A DNA stretch of 48,600 nt from Octopus bimaculoides. Its lineage: Eukaryota. Of the stretch, positions 23,522-35,578 are shown piece after piece. The first letter of the stretch is position 1, and every line of letters begins with the position of its first letter. The notes under the pieces are model-generated. The model was not told where the DNA came from and did not search any database. It was given only the letters and a program-made list of their open reading frames with translations. The stretch is taken from assembly GCF_001194135.2 (NCBI RefSeq), contig NC_068982.1:3357961-3406560 (forward strand), read 5' to 3'. Position numbers and translations under genes: made by a program.

Positions 23522-23900
23522 TGGCACTCCGTCGCTTACGACGTCGATGGTTCCAGTTGATCCAATCAACGGAACAGCCTGCTCGTGAGATTAACGTGCA
23601 AGTGGCTGATTACTCCACAGACACGTGTACGCTTAACGTAGTTCTCGGGGATATTCAGCATGACACAGTGTGACAAGGCTGACCCTTTGAATTACAGGGA
23701 CAACAGAAACAGGAAGTAAGAGTGAGAGAAAGTTGTAGTGAAAGAGTACGGCAGGGTTCGCCACCATCCCCTGCCGGAGCCACGTGGAGCTTTTAGGTGT
23801 TTTCGCTCAATAAACACTCACAACGCCCGGTCAGGGAATCGAAACAGCGATCCTATGACCGCGAGTCAGCTGCTCTAACCACTGGGCCATTGCGCCTCCA
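23522..23900 (-). mobile_element. SINE family A, full length
   Basis: reverse complement of the 10792-11148 family. Confidence 0.9.
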
Positions 23901-24540
23901 CTCAGGTCGTGTACCTATATTAGAAAGGAATTTATTATATATGTGCAGGTGTGTGCCGATCTTAAATTCGTTTTGCAAGAATTTTGATATGAAACCGTGT
24001 GTTGAAACCTATTTTGATATATGTTGGAAATGCCATACTTCATAAACCCTAAAAGCTCACTTACAGTTTGTTTGTCTATAATTCACTTACCTTTCTTAAA
24101 AACTGTCCCAAAATATATTTCCCAATACACCTCTCTAGAGCTTTCTTAATGGTTTTACATTTATTTTAAATGCTCGGTTTTCTGTTAAGAACTGATTTTT
24201 TTTTTTTCAATTTAGTCATCAGGTACACGAGCTGATGGCGTTTTTCTTTACTCACAGCTCTTTTCGTTGGAACATGCGTGTTTGGAGGTTGCATTACGTT
24301 GTTTATTTTGTGCTTATTCTTCCCTTCCTCTTATATTATTTTACCGTTACTTCAACATTATTTTGCTTGTGGGCCAGTACTAGGGTTGAGGTGTTAACAA
24401 ATTTGTTCTTCATTTTAATTATGTAAGCGTATCTCAATTCATCGCATTCTATTCCCTTTAACACTGGAAATTACATAATTTGGGTGTGTAAACAAGAAGA
24501 TCAGCTATAAGATGTGTATATATGTATGTGTATATATGGG

Positions 24541-24588
<48 letters not shown>

Positions 24589-24724
24589 TGTGTGTATATA
24601 TATATGTGTATATATATNNNNNNNNNNNNNNNNNNNNNNNNNNNNNNNNNNNNNNNNNNNNNNNNNNNNNNNNNNNNNNNNNNNNNNNNNNNNNNNNNNN
24701 NNNNNNNNNNNNNNNNNNNNNNNN

Positions 24725-26200
24725 ATAATTTTATTGTGACCATTCGGAGTCAATTAATCTGAACCTGCTTGGCGGGGAAAGATTTTTGACTAAACAAATT
24801 CCCTTTATGGGGCGAATTTTAAGTTCATAGTCTTTTGTCTTGACACATTTGTTTACATTTTTCAAGCATGCCAGGTTGTAAGGGATATTCATTCTAGTGT
24901 GTCTGGGGTGGGCATGCGTTGAACGGGAGAAATTGCTTAGAATCCGTGGGTTTATAGTATATGTCTGTTTCTATTTTGTTGTTGGATTTCTTAATGAGGA
25001 TGTCGAGGAATGGAAGTTTTTGGTGGCTATAAGCCATCGTAAATTGAGTGTTTAAGTCAAGTCCATTCAGATGTGCTTGAAATTCTTTAAGCCTCTATAC
25101 TTTCGTGCCAAAGAATGAAACAGTCATCTAGATATCTTTTCCAGTTATTTTTTATGTACAAGGAGAATGAGTTTCCGTATTTTTATGTACCTTACTATAG
25201 AGATTAATTTCTACGTACGCTATGACTAAGTTAGCAAAGGAAGGGGCCATTCGCGTGCGCATCGCAGTCCCCGATTTTCTGTCAATAGAAGTTGTCATTA
25301 AATACGAAGAAGTTATTCTCCAAGATGAATATTAGCCCTTCTATTACGAATTCTTTTTTGATGCGGTGTGGGAGTTCATTGGAGTAATTTCTTCGCCAGA
25401 ATTGGATAGCCTCTATTCCTAGGCTGTGAGGGATATTGAAATAGAGGTCGTCTACATCAAAGGATATTATTAGGGTGTTTTTATTTATTGTTTCAAGGAG
25501 GTGATTGAGCATATCTCGGTCGTCCCTTATGTAGCTTTTGATATGCTTAAGGAATGGTTTTAAGAGAGTGTCTAAAAAGTTAAGGAAGCGGTGAGTTTCG
25601 GATGCAGAGCCTGCTATTACGGGTCTTAATTTGAGGTCATTAGGAGTAGATACCTTGACTATTATGTCTCTGGCTCCCCTGCATGCGTTCCATATCTTTT
25701 CACTTTTGTGTATCTTAGGAATATCGTAGAATTGACTGGATATAATATTGAAGTTGGTCATATAATCGTGTTCCTTGTCGGTGAGCCCTTCTTTGTATAG
25801 GTTTAACATTGCTTTTAGGATTCTCATTATTTTCTGCTGACTGTTCTGTTCTGTTTTCTAATATCGATCGTACTAGGGTTATATAATATACCGTGCCCAT
25901 TGATATTACTGCACTCCCTTTGTCGGTCTCCTTGATTGTGATTGCTTTATCATCCTTTAATCTATTCAGCTCAGCCCATTCCTTTTTGCTGAAGTTTGGC
26001 TTGTGTTTTTGTTTGTGTATCTGCTGATACGGGTGATTCGTGGTGTGTTCACAGAAATGGTCAAGAATTTTGTTCTTACCTCTTGATAGGGTGTAGTTAC
26101 TTTTATTTCGGATTAACGATTCGTCCTCGTTGTATATTTGTTGTATAGTTCCTCGGTGAGTCGTAATTTTCCACAGATTTCCGCAAACTTTTCTTTCATT
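24725..26200 (-). mobile_element. Penelope-like element RT pseudogene (AT-rich family)
   Basis: LKLRPVIAGSASET...SFDVDDLYFNIPH...FILENNFFVFN, QKIGTAMRTRMAPSFANL, WKRYLDDCF, LPFLDILI...DIYYKPTDSKQFL. Confidence 0.92.
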
Positions 26201-26466
26201 TCGTTGTAGTTGGGGTGTACATATGTATGTATATTATTAACCACTTAAATATATATTGAAATACAACAATTGTGAAACTTCAAAAAATCATAAAAGCATT
26301 TTTATTAAGAAAGAAAATAATGCTTTTTTTATTACCACTTTGTTTATGTACGAGGACATTTTGGCTATGATATTTCACTCAAATAATATGGACAAAACTG
26401 TTTTGACTTTCATCTTTTTGCTACAAACATCACTAAAAGACACAGATATACTCACAGTATACTCAC

Positions 26467-26522
26467 CGGGCTGGCAACTCGATCAGCTAGAAATAGCAGA
26501 GAGTTCTCGCTCAAATTTGACT
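26467..26522 (-). promoter_or_regulatory. candidate initiator (TCAGTC) and short non-coding first exon
   Basis: minus-strand TCAGTC at 26524-26519 followed after 56 nt by a consensus donor CCG|gtgagta. Confidence 0.25.
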
Positions 26523-26586
26523 GAACGTCACAATATCTTGGCGACATAAAGTGCCACTACTGAGAGTATATTTTATGTTAAATCTC

Positions 26587-26957
26587 TCCTTTTATCTTTT
26601 ATTTGCTTTAGTCATCGGACTACGGCCATGCTAGAGCAACGCTTTGCATAGTTTTAGTCGAACAAATCGTTCCTACCTACTTTTGTTTTTTTTTAAGTTA
26701 TACTTATCTATCGGTCTGTAAAAAATCCAACACCCGTTGCTGAGTCGTGTTGGTAGTGACAAACACAGACACAAAGACACACACCCACGCACACATACAC
26801 ACGTGTGTATGTGTGTGTAATGAGCTTCCAGTCAGTTTCCGTGTACCAAATTCATTTACTAGGCATTGTTTGATCTCGGATTAAAGTACCCTGCTATGAA
26901 ACTGAACTCGAAACGAGGTGGCTGAAAAGCGTGCTTCTTAACCACACATCCATGCTT
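26587..26957 (-). mobile_element. SINE family D, degenerate
   Basis: reverse-complement similarity to 1-291 and 31021-31338. Confidence 0.75.
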
Positions 26958-26965
26958 GAACTTGT

Positions 26966-27050
<85 letters not shown>

Positions 27051-27579
27051 GAACTAAAATAACAGGGCAAGTAGTTTTATTTATACGTACGATAGAAAAA
27101 CTTTATTAAGCACAGTATATTTACTAATTAGAATTTTAAACAAAAAAAAACATTTCAAATTCTAGAATAATCTAAGAAGAAAATAATCGATATTTGTTAA
27201 ATTGAATGTTTGTACAAAACTTTAATTTTCTTAAAATGCCAATTTACTATTTATGAAATGAAAAATAAAAACTAGCATCATTGCTCCGTGCAACGAAAAC
27301 ACGAAAGGCAAGGGTGTTTTTATAAAGTATCTATTCTTATTTATTGCAATTGCAGTTTTTTGAATCACATTGCTTGCTAGAATAAAAGAATAATGAAATA
27401 AAAATAAGAGAGAATGTAGTTTCTGGCATATGTATGAAACCAAGTATAATTTCTTTAATAAGCATAATAATATTTATTAATTAGAGTTAAAAATATTTCA
27501 AATTTTGGAATAATGTAATAATGTAAATAATCAATATTCAGTTTGTTGAAATTTATTATTACGGAGATGTACTTGCATA

Positions 27580-27719
27580 GCAAGTGACCTGATCTGAGAT
27601 CATGTGCGGGAACGAAAACAATTGCAGCGTGGAAGGTGTTTATAAGTCATTTAAAATCACACAAAAACCGTTAGATTCACTTCAACATTTAAATTTAAAT
27701 GTTGAAATGAATCTAATGG
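27580..27719 (+). repeat. interspersed repeat family F, ending in a fold-back
   Basis: aattgcagcgtggaaggtgtttataag...ccgttagattcacttcaacatttaaattta shared with 41259-41405. Confidence 0.8.
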
Positions 27720-27774
27720 GTTTTGCGTCTTTGAAATTTATTTATTTGTAGAAAAATATTTTATGTTTTAACTT

Positions 27775-28210
27775 GTATCTTTAACTTGTCCAGGCATTAG
27801 ATAGCGACCATGCTGGGGCACCATCTTGAAGAATTTTTAGCTGAATGGATCGATCGCTGTACCTATATTTATTTTAAGCCTGGTTCTTATTCCATCAGTC
27901 TCTTTTGTGGAGTTGCTAAGATACGGGGACGTAAAAACACCAACACTGTTCATGAAGCAGTGGTGGGGAATAGAAACAGAAAAGAACAAACGCACGCACG
28001 CACGCACGCACACCCACACACACATACATATGTGTGTGTATGTGTGTGTGTATATACACAACGGACTTTTTTCAGTGTCCGTCAACTAAATCGACTCACA
28101 AGGCCTTGGTCGACTTGAAGCTATAGCTGAAGACATTTATCCAAAGTGCCATGCAGTGGGGCTGAACCCCGAACCATGTGGTTGGGAAGCATGCCTCTTA
28201 CCACACATGG
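27775..28210 (-). mobile_element. SINE family D
   Basis: gtgccatgcagtggggctgaacccgaaccatgtggttgggaagc is the reverse complement of the family D head. Confidence 0.8.
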
Positions 28211-28399
28211 GAAGGGGTTTACTAAGATTTTATAATTTTCTTATTCCTCTCCATTGCCACTGCAGTATGTTGAAGTATATAAAATTCAACGAATGAAGGA
28301 ATATCATTGAGCAACGTAAAGTTTCTCGCAGAGAATCGGTAAAAATAAGCCAGCAAATAAAGAAACAGAAATCTAAATGAGTCAGGCAGAGGAAGTTAA

Positions 28400-29865
28400 A
28401 GACGAGAATGTAGACCGACGATGACAAACATAAGAAGATTTTGGAAGCGGTTAGAATGTGTTTTGGCTTAAAATGCTGCGTGATATGAGAAATCTTGTGT
28501 CCTATGAACTACGTTACCGTAGTTTAAAATAATATGCTGCACAACCTAGACAAATACAATAACACGTTTCTCAAGAGCAGGCGAGACGTATGTTGACACA
28601 AAATTTTATATGGCATCGAGCAGTAGGATAATGTGAACAGATTTAGAACAAGATCCCCAGCGGTACCAGTAAAAGACAACGAGACAGAGTTTGTCTTCAT
28701 ATCACTGCTGCAAATTAGTAAAATGAGTTCATTAATATTAAAATTGCAGTTACCTGAATCGTGTAGTAAAATGTTCCAGTCTGCCCCCATTAAGCAAAAA
28801 ATCCTTCCGTGGTTTATCAGCAGATTCACATAGTCAAAAAGTGATTTTCGATCCAAACAACACAGAAAATTCCCTTCAACAAGTTCAATCAACAAATTTT
28901 GCAGCTTATTTTGATAAAAATGCCGAAGATCCAAAAGCGAAAAATACCCTATATTATAACTTCCCTAAAGATGGACAAAATAATCAGAAGGAGTACCAGA
29001 TACCATGGAAAGTGTATTCACTGTTGAAACCCCTGGGAGACTCATCTGTTTGAAATTATTATTTAACAACAAGGCCCAAGCCGGTTGAGAATGTGACCTG
29101 CTAAAGTTTTAAATATGGCTGCCAAGAAATGAATCTTCTTGTAAACGATCTGCAATAAGTACGAATGGGACAGCGGTGACTGTAAACGATCTGCAATAAG
29201 TATAGATGAATGGGACAGCGGTGACTGTAAACGATCTGCAATAAGTATATATGAATGGGACAGCGGTGACTGTAAGCGATCTGCAATAAGTATAGATGAA
29301 TGGGACAGCGGTGACTGTAAACGATCATGGGAATTCTTTCATTACGACTTTTCATTTCTACTTTTCGTCTGAGCCTCTAAATTTATACGACCTTCTTTTC
29401 GATAATCTTAATGAAGATTTTCAACTCAGAACTAAAGCAATGACCGTTGTAAACACAACAGATGTCACCATTAATGAGATGCTGTGTGCACTGGATAACC
29501 AGTTCATTCAATATGAGCGTTTAACAGTTTATTAGGATTTGCCAGCAGCAGAACAACAACACAGCTTGTTAATCCACATACAGATCCTTGTGGCTATGTC
29601 TGTTAGGATTATCTCATACCCCAAAACGAACAGAAAATTGCTTTTTAAGTCGTGGACAATGATGAAGGTGACCCGAAATCTATCGAGGCTTCAAAAGGTT
29701 CAAACAAAAGTTTCTTGCTGAAGTTGTTATCATATTTTCGCCAAAAATGGTCAAATTGCGCTTGCTGCCGTTTCAAAACGCGATGCTGCTCGGACAGACT
29801 CCCCATTTCCGCTTTAAGATACTCATTCCCGTAAAATCTACAACAACCTGTAATATACCTCTTAT
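28400..29865 (+). mobile_element. Helitron Rep/PIF1-helicase pseudogene
   Basis: collinear decayed motifs: HSQKVIF, AAYFDKNAEDPKAKNTLYYNFPK, GRLICLKLLFNN, EPLNLYDLLFDNLNEDF, SFLLKLL/IALAAVS, GQTPHFRFKILIPVKSTTTCNIP (PIF1 GRTAHSRFKIP motif). Confidence 0.8.
29141..29326. repeat. minisatellite: 45-bp unit x4 plus a partial unit
   Basis: gtaaacgatctgcaataagtatagatgaatgggacagcggtgact at 29141 (41 bp), 29182, 29227 and 29272; partial at 29317. Confidence 0.95.
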
Positions 29866-31020
29866 ATATACATCATTCATACATACACACGCGCGCCGTC
29901 ACTACAAGTGACCCAGGGTTCTAGGTGTACCTGTATTGCTAGAGATAATAGTCATAGACTCTTTAGCCACATAAAGCACATGTTCTATAACCTCCCCACC
30001 GCAAACGAAGTGCATTACATTAGCATGCTAATTTCATAGAGAAATTAATACTCATCCGTAACGCTTGCTCCATTTAGGTTGGTGCAGCTGAACTTTAGCT
30101 TCTCAGTATTATAGAAAATACCATAGGTATCAGTGGGTGATTCCGCAAAATGGTAAAGCGAAAACTATAAAATAATCATAGGAAATAATTCACTACACGT
30201 GTCCTAAGGCGCTGGCTCACCTTTAGTGTCGGTGAATTATTTCCTTTGGTTTTGATTTTAAAAGTGACCGGGGTGCTGAGTCACTTTGAATGAGGGTGAA
30301 TAATTTCCTTTTTGATTTATAATTGCGTCGAGCCATTTAAACAGAACATGTCTAAATATGCACGCATGACCAACTTTGATCTCTGTACATATTTTAATTC
30401 ATGATTACATATCCATCACTGTACATATTTCTCCCCACTAATCTAGCTTTTGGATTTTTGTATTCCTCACCCAGAAAGATGAACAATTTTCCCCCTGTCC
30501 ACAATAATAACGATCAGCAATTACCTAGCCTTAGATTTTTCTTCTTGTTGAATCATTCATTCATAAACTCCACACACAACATGTACAAAACTTTTCTTAA
30601 GAAAATACGTAATTAAAATAATTTTAATGTCATGATTAGCGAAACGAAACCGGTTGACAGACACAATACAAAATGTACTTTAAAATATATTAAAACTATG
30701 TAAAGTGTGTGCATTTCCCTTCTTTATAAGAAAGCTAGCCAATGTATACGGCAACAAAAAGAAATAATAAAACAAACAAAAACGGAGAACATGGCACACA
30801 ATTACGAATACAATAAGAAATAACAACAGCCGTCTTTCGACTGACAACGAATCAAATTGAGCTGGCATGTATGAAGTAAAAGCCTGAAGGCAGGAACATG
30901 GGAGATGGACACAAGACGTGTTGATGGTCAGCGGTCAGGTCAAGATAGATCATGGCTGGCCGGACACCGGTCACGTGGAAGGAGGAGAGATGGGTAGGGG
31001 ACGTATATATATATATATGG

Positions 31021-31338
31021 AAGTTCAGGCGTGGCTATATGGTAAAAAGCTTGCTTCCCAACCACATGGTTCGGATTCCGTCTCACTGCATGGCACCTTG
31101 GCCAAATGCCTCCTACTATGGCCTCAGGCTGACTAAAGCATTGTGAATGTATTTGACAAACGGAACAAGTCTGCTGTATATATGCATGTACGCGTGCGTA
31201 TATGTGTGAGTGTGTCTTTGAGTCGGTGTTTATCTTCTATCACCACTTGACAACTGATGCTGGTGCGTTTGCTTCCCCGTAACTTAGCCGTTCGTCAAAA
31301 AGAACGATAACATGAGTACCAGGCTTTAAAAAAATAAG
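31021..31338 (+). mobile_element. SINE family D abutting the truncated end of a mariner
   Basis: ggcgtggctatatggtaaaaagcttgcttcccaaccacatggttcgg head. Confidence 0.85.
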
Positions 31339-31339
31339 A

Positions 31340-31799
31340 CCTTGCCAATTCTTCAACTGATAATGCAGGATTTTCTTCAAGTAATGCCTGAAGGAACTTA
31401 TCATCAAACTCAACTGGACGTCCTGTTCGGTCTTCATCTTCAAGGCTGAAATCTCCACTTCTGAGTTTTGCAAACCATCTTCTGCAAGTTGTTTCATTGC
31501 AGCATTCTTTCCCATAAACTGACTGTATGTTTCGAGTCGGTTCGGCTGCAGAGTTTCCTTTTTTGTACTCATAAAGCATTATGTGCCTCAAATGCTCTTT
31601 GGATACTTCCATGTTAGAAAGGGTTTTAATCAAAGAAATGTTAATACTATTATTCTGTAAAATAATATTTAATTAGTTTAAATGTACACAAATGCATAAA
31701 AATAATTTTCTATTCCATTAGATATTCTAAAATATTATTAAATTTCATTCAATTTAAAAAAAAGGTAAAATCGGACAAAACTTATGGGATGACTTGATA
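31340..31799 (-). mobile_element. mariner 5' half with terminal repeat
   Basis: MEVSKEHLRHIMLYEYKKGNSAAE...TCRRWFAKLRSGDFSLEDEDRTGRP...LSVEELA (HTH domains); end cggacaaaacttatgggatgacttgata. Confidence 0.92.
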
Positions 31800-31849
31800 T
31801 ATATAATAAATAAATATAAGAGGCCTGCTACAGTACAACGGCAAATGCA

Positions 31850-33456
31850 GAATTTCGCACATGGAGAACCTTTCTACATGTAATCAAGCTATATGTATTG
31901 CACTTAGAGAAACACATCTATCTGCAGACATAAGTGATGCGGAGATACACATACCAATGTATGCTATCTTCCGTAGAAGAGAAGTCACGGTGGATTTGCA
32001 ATTTACATACGGAAAGATGTCACACCATTAACCCTGTTATCGAACTCGAACTTGGTGTGTGACACTCATAATACCTCTAAAGCAACTTGATACAGTCATA
32101 TGCACACTATGTCGCCCACCTGATGCCTCGAATCATGATGGAAAAGTTTCATTGCGATAAAAGAAGTACTAATACAACTGGATCAACGTTCTACTATATT
32201 CTTGATGGGTGACTTCAACTTACCCAACATCAGGTGACCTGAGGGCAACATAACCCCAGGAACGACGCACAAAGAGCGAAATCAAGCAGATCTACTTGAT
32301 CTTACGAAAATGCTATTCATGGAGCAGATCATACTCTCTCCAACCAGGCACAAAAATATTCTGGACCTCTGCAGAAATTATCGACAACGTAAATATATCA
32401 CCGACAATATTCTCAGACCATAACATGGTAGAACTGACAATATATGGCGCGAAATTAATTAAAGATAAACTCATCACAGATGGCGCTCAAACCCTATCCA
32501 GCCTAAAATTCTATAAGACTGACTGGAAGTCATTTGAAAGACAGATACTCTAGCAGGACTGGCCTAAAAGACTCTATATGAAAGACTTAGATATGAAACT
32601 CAATAAATTCATGTCAAGAATGCGAGTCATATGTATTAAATATGTCCCAGAGAAGAGAGCCAATACACACAAAAACATCATTCCCCGAGACAGGAGAATA
32701 TTCATGCGACGGAGAATAAAGATCTCGAATCGTTTAAATAAACACCTCAATGATAGTGTGAAGTCCTACATGACAGAGGAACTCTTTGAGATTGAAAATA
32801 AACTCAAAATCTCCCATGGAAAAGAAAAAGAAGAAAGATAATCCTGGGCAATCGAATCCTGCCTCAGTATGGTATGAGATAGGGCCATTATTTGGTGAAA
32901 ACGGTTCACTAACTGCAAATCCGGGGAACATAAGTGAAGCACTAAAACAATTCCGAAGTGTTTTCACTTCTCTACTGGAAAATATAGAAATAAACAAACC
33001 TGAGGGGTTTTTCAAATCTATTCGGAAAAGAGGCAACGATCGATTACATAACAGGAGAGGTTGCAATATCGGCCATTGATGAGATGAGATTAAATTCAGC
33101 AACAGGCCTAGGTTGACTTCCGGCTGTTCTCTTAAATACATGTAAAAAGCTTCTTGCAACGCCACTGCACATAGTCTTTCAGAGTTTCCTTGCATGTGGC
33201 AAACTTCCCAGCATGCTTAAAGATGGTATAATATGCCCCGTCTATAAAGGAGGGAGCAGAGCAGATGCTAAAAACTACAGACCCATCTCTCTGACCTCAT
33301 ACGTTAGCAAGACAATGGGACGCATACGTTAGCAAGACAATGGGACGCATACGTTAGCAAGACAATGGGATGCATTTTCAGAAAAATGCTGATCATGTTA
33401 CTAGAAGAAAACAACCTTCTCACAAAAACGCAATATGGCTTCCGTCCAGGGAGGAT
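31850..33456 (+). mobile_element. CR1-clade-like LINE ORF2 pseudogene (APE endonuclease plus RT N-terminus), 3'-truncated
   Basis: YRPPD-like, LMGDFNLP, FSDHN, DGIICPVYKGGSRADAKNYRPISLTS, QYGFRPGR; multiple stops and frameshifts. Confidence 0.9.
33301..33375. repeat. 25-bp unit x3 inside the LINE RT
   Basis: acgttagcaagacaatgggacgcat at 33301, 33326 and 33351. Confidence 0.95.
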
Positions 33457-35418
33457 CATGGATATTTACCTACGCTTTCTAGCATTTCTGCGTGAGAAAT
33501 TAGAACGTTTGAAAATATGATATAAACAACCGAATAACAGGAATATTTTCAAACGTCGCCATAAAGCAGTAGCTTGTATCTTTTTTTCTTTCTTTTTCAA
33601 TAAAAAAGATTTAAAATTAATAAATTGATAGAAAAAGGTAAAAAATAAATATTCTAATAAATTGATAAATAATTAAATTTCTGTTGATGGTATTGAGAAT
33701 AGGGAGGGGGGATTTTGCTGGTGATACAGATGGTTTTGATGGTTGTAATGATGGCCGTATCAATGATTGCAATGGTCATGATGTTGTTGCCAGTAGTGTT
33801 GTTGTTGCTGTTGTTGTTGTAGGTGGTGGAGCTTATATTGGAAACGATGGTGGATATTTTGTGATAGATGAAATAGTCCGTAGTGATAAATACGTGTGTA
33901 CGTACGTAAATAAAACTTGCATCTTCGACAATGTAAAGATATAATAAACTGGCAGAAAACTGATATCCTACGAAAAAGTCCATGGTACGATAGAGAGAGA
34001 GAGAGAGGGGGGGGCTAATATCTAACAAAGAGAGGAGATAATGCGTGCGTGTTTATGTAAGTTAACATGAGATGATGCAGTGGAAAAGGATATTAGCGAA
34101 ACGTCAGTGTGACATGTGTGGGATAAAGGAGGGAGGGAGGGGGAGAGAGTAAATAAAAAATAAAAACTCGCTGTTAGAGCAATTCTGTAGAGATTAAGAA
34201 AGTGATAAACTTGCTGCGTAATTTGATGACATAAAAGAGGGGTGGGGTTGGGGTTGAAGTGAACAAACAATGAAAATGTGGTGGAGTGGGGGGGGGAGAA
34301 GGGAGATTCTAACAAACCAGGAAAATACTGTGCAGGTTTATTATTAGGCGTTAAATGTTCCCTCACAACCAAAGGCAGCGAAGGTCCTGGATTCTGGCAA
34401 TGACGACGATGATGATTACGCAAGCAAACAAGCGTCATTGCGAACCTTTAGGAATGGGAATTGATCAGAAGAATAACTCGATCAGTAATTGTTACAGATC
34501 TGAAAGCGAAACTGCAAGCTGTTTATTGATTGAACGTTGGGGAAAACAAAAGTAGATCAACAAGCATCAGATAATTACGACCTGTAATAACTGCCTCCGA
34601 CAGAGAGCAACTGTTTCTAATTTAGTCAGAGGGCCTCACATTGTTGGAGGGGTTTTTGATCGGTTATATCCATATTATTAGTTAACTGGTATTCATTTTA
34701 ACGACCCTAGTATGACGAAAGGTAAAAGAAGTGATTTCATTGGAGTTTGAATTCGTGACATAAAGTATTTTGTACACGGCTCGACCAATTCGACTGTCTG
34801 CCTCTCCGTACACTGATCATTAATGAACTTCGGAAAGTTCGCAAAATTGGTCATCTCCCCTTCAGCAAAAATACTACTACTATTCGACGTTTGTGCCACA
34901 TTTTATTTTATTTTATTTTGGTGGATTTTGGCGCTATAGAGAATATAGATTTCTACTCACAAAGAATTGATCAACCACAGACTACAGTAGGATGTCAACA
35001 ATATGGCAGAAGCAAAAGGCTTCAAGGAAACGTTCACCCACTAAATGTAAACCCGCTCAAAAATATAATGCTGGAAAGGAAGTGTTATGACCTATATTTA
35101 ATGGTAGTTAATTCCTCCCTTGGAATTGTAGGGTCAAAAGGTTAGTTTGAGCTATTTTTAGAACGATACTACTATTCGGTTAAATAAACAATAAATAAAA
35201 AAAAGCAAAACATTTATTTGCCATTTCGAAGAAATGAAAATAGTGGTCATAATGTCCTGATGAAGTCCTTGATAGATTGTAACATTATAAGGCAAAGAAA
35301 GATGCGTAGGGTGCACCTTGGTAGCGACAGAGGCGTTACGTTGGAGAAAATGGAAGAACCTCAATGAATGCATAATAAAAAAATTGGATATTCTCAATTC
35401 TCTGTTTTCCTGATTCAT

Positions 35419-35578
<160 letters not shown>

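Noticed and set aside
29141-29326. CRISPR-like appearance of the 45-bp array
   Set aside because: The units are contiguous without unique spacers, there are no cas genes and the context is eukaryotic.
33654-33944. ORFs of 86 and 124 aa rich in D/G/V or T/N/I
   Set aside because: They derive from a decayed (GAT/GTT/GGT)n trinucleotide tract.
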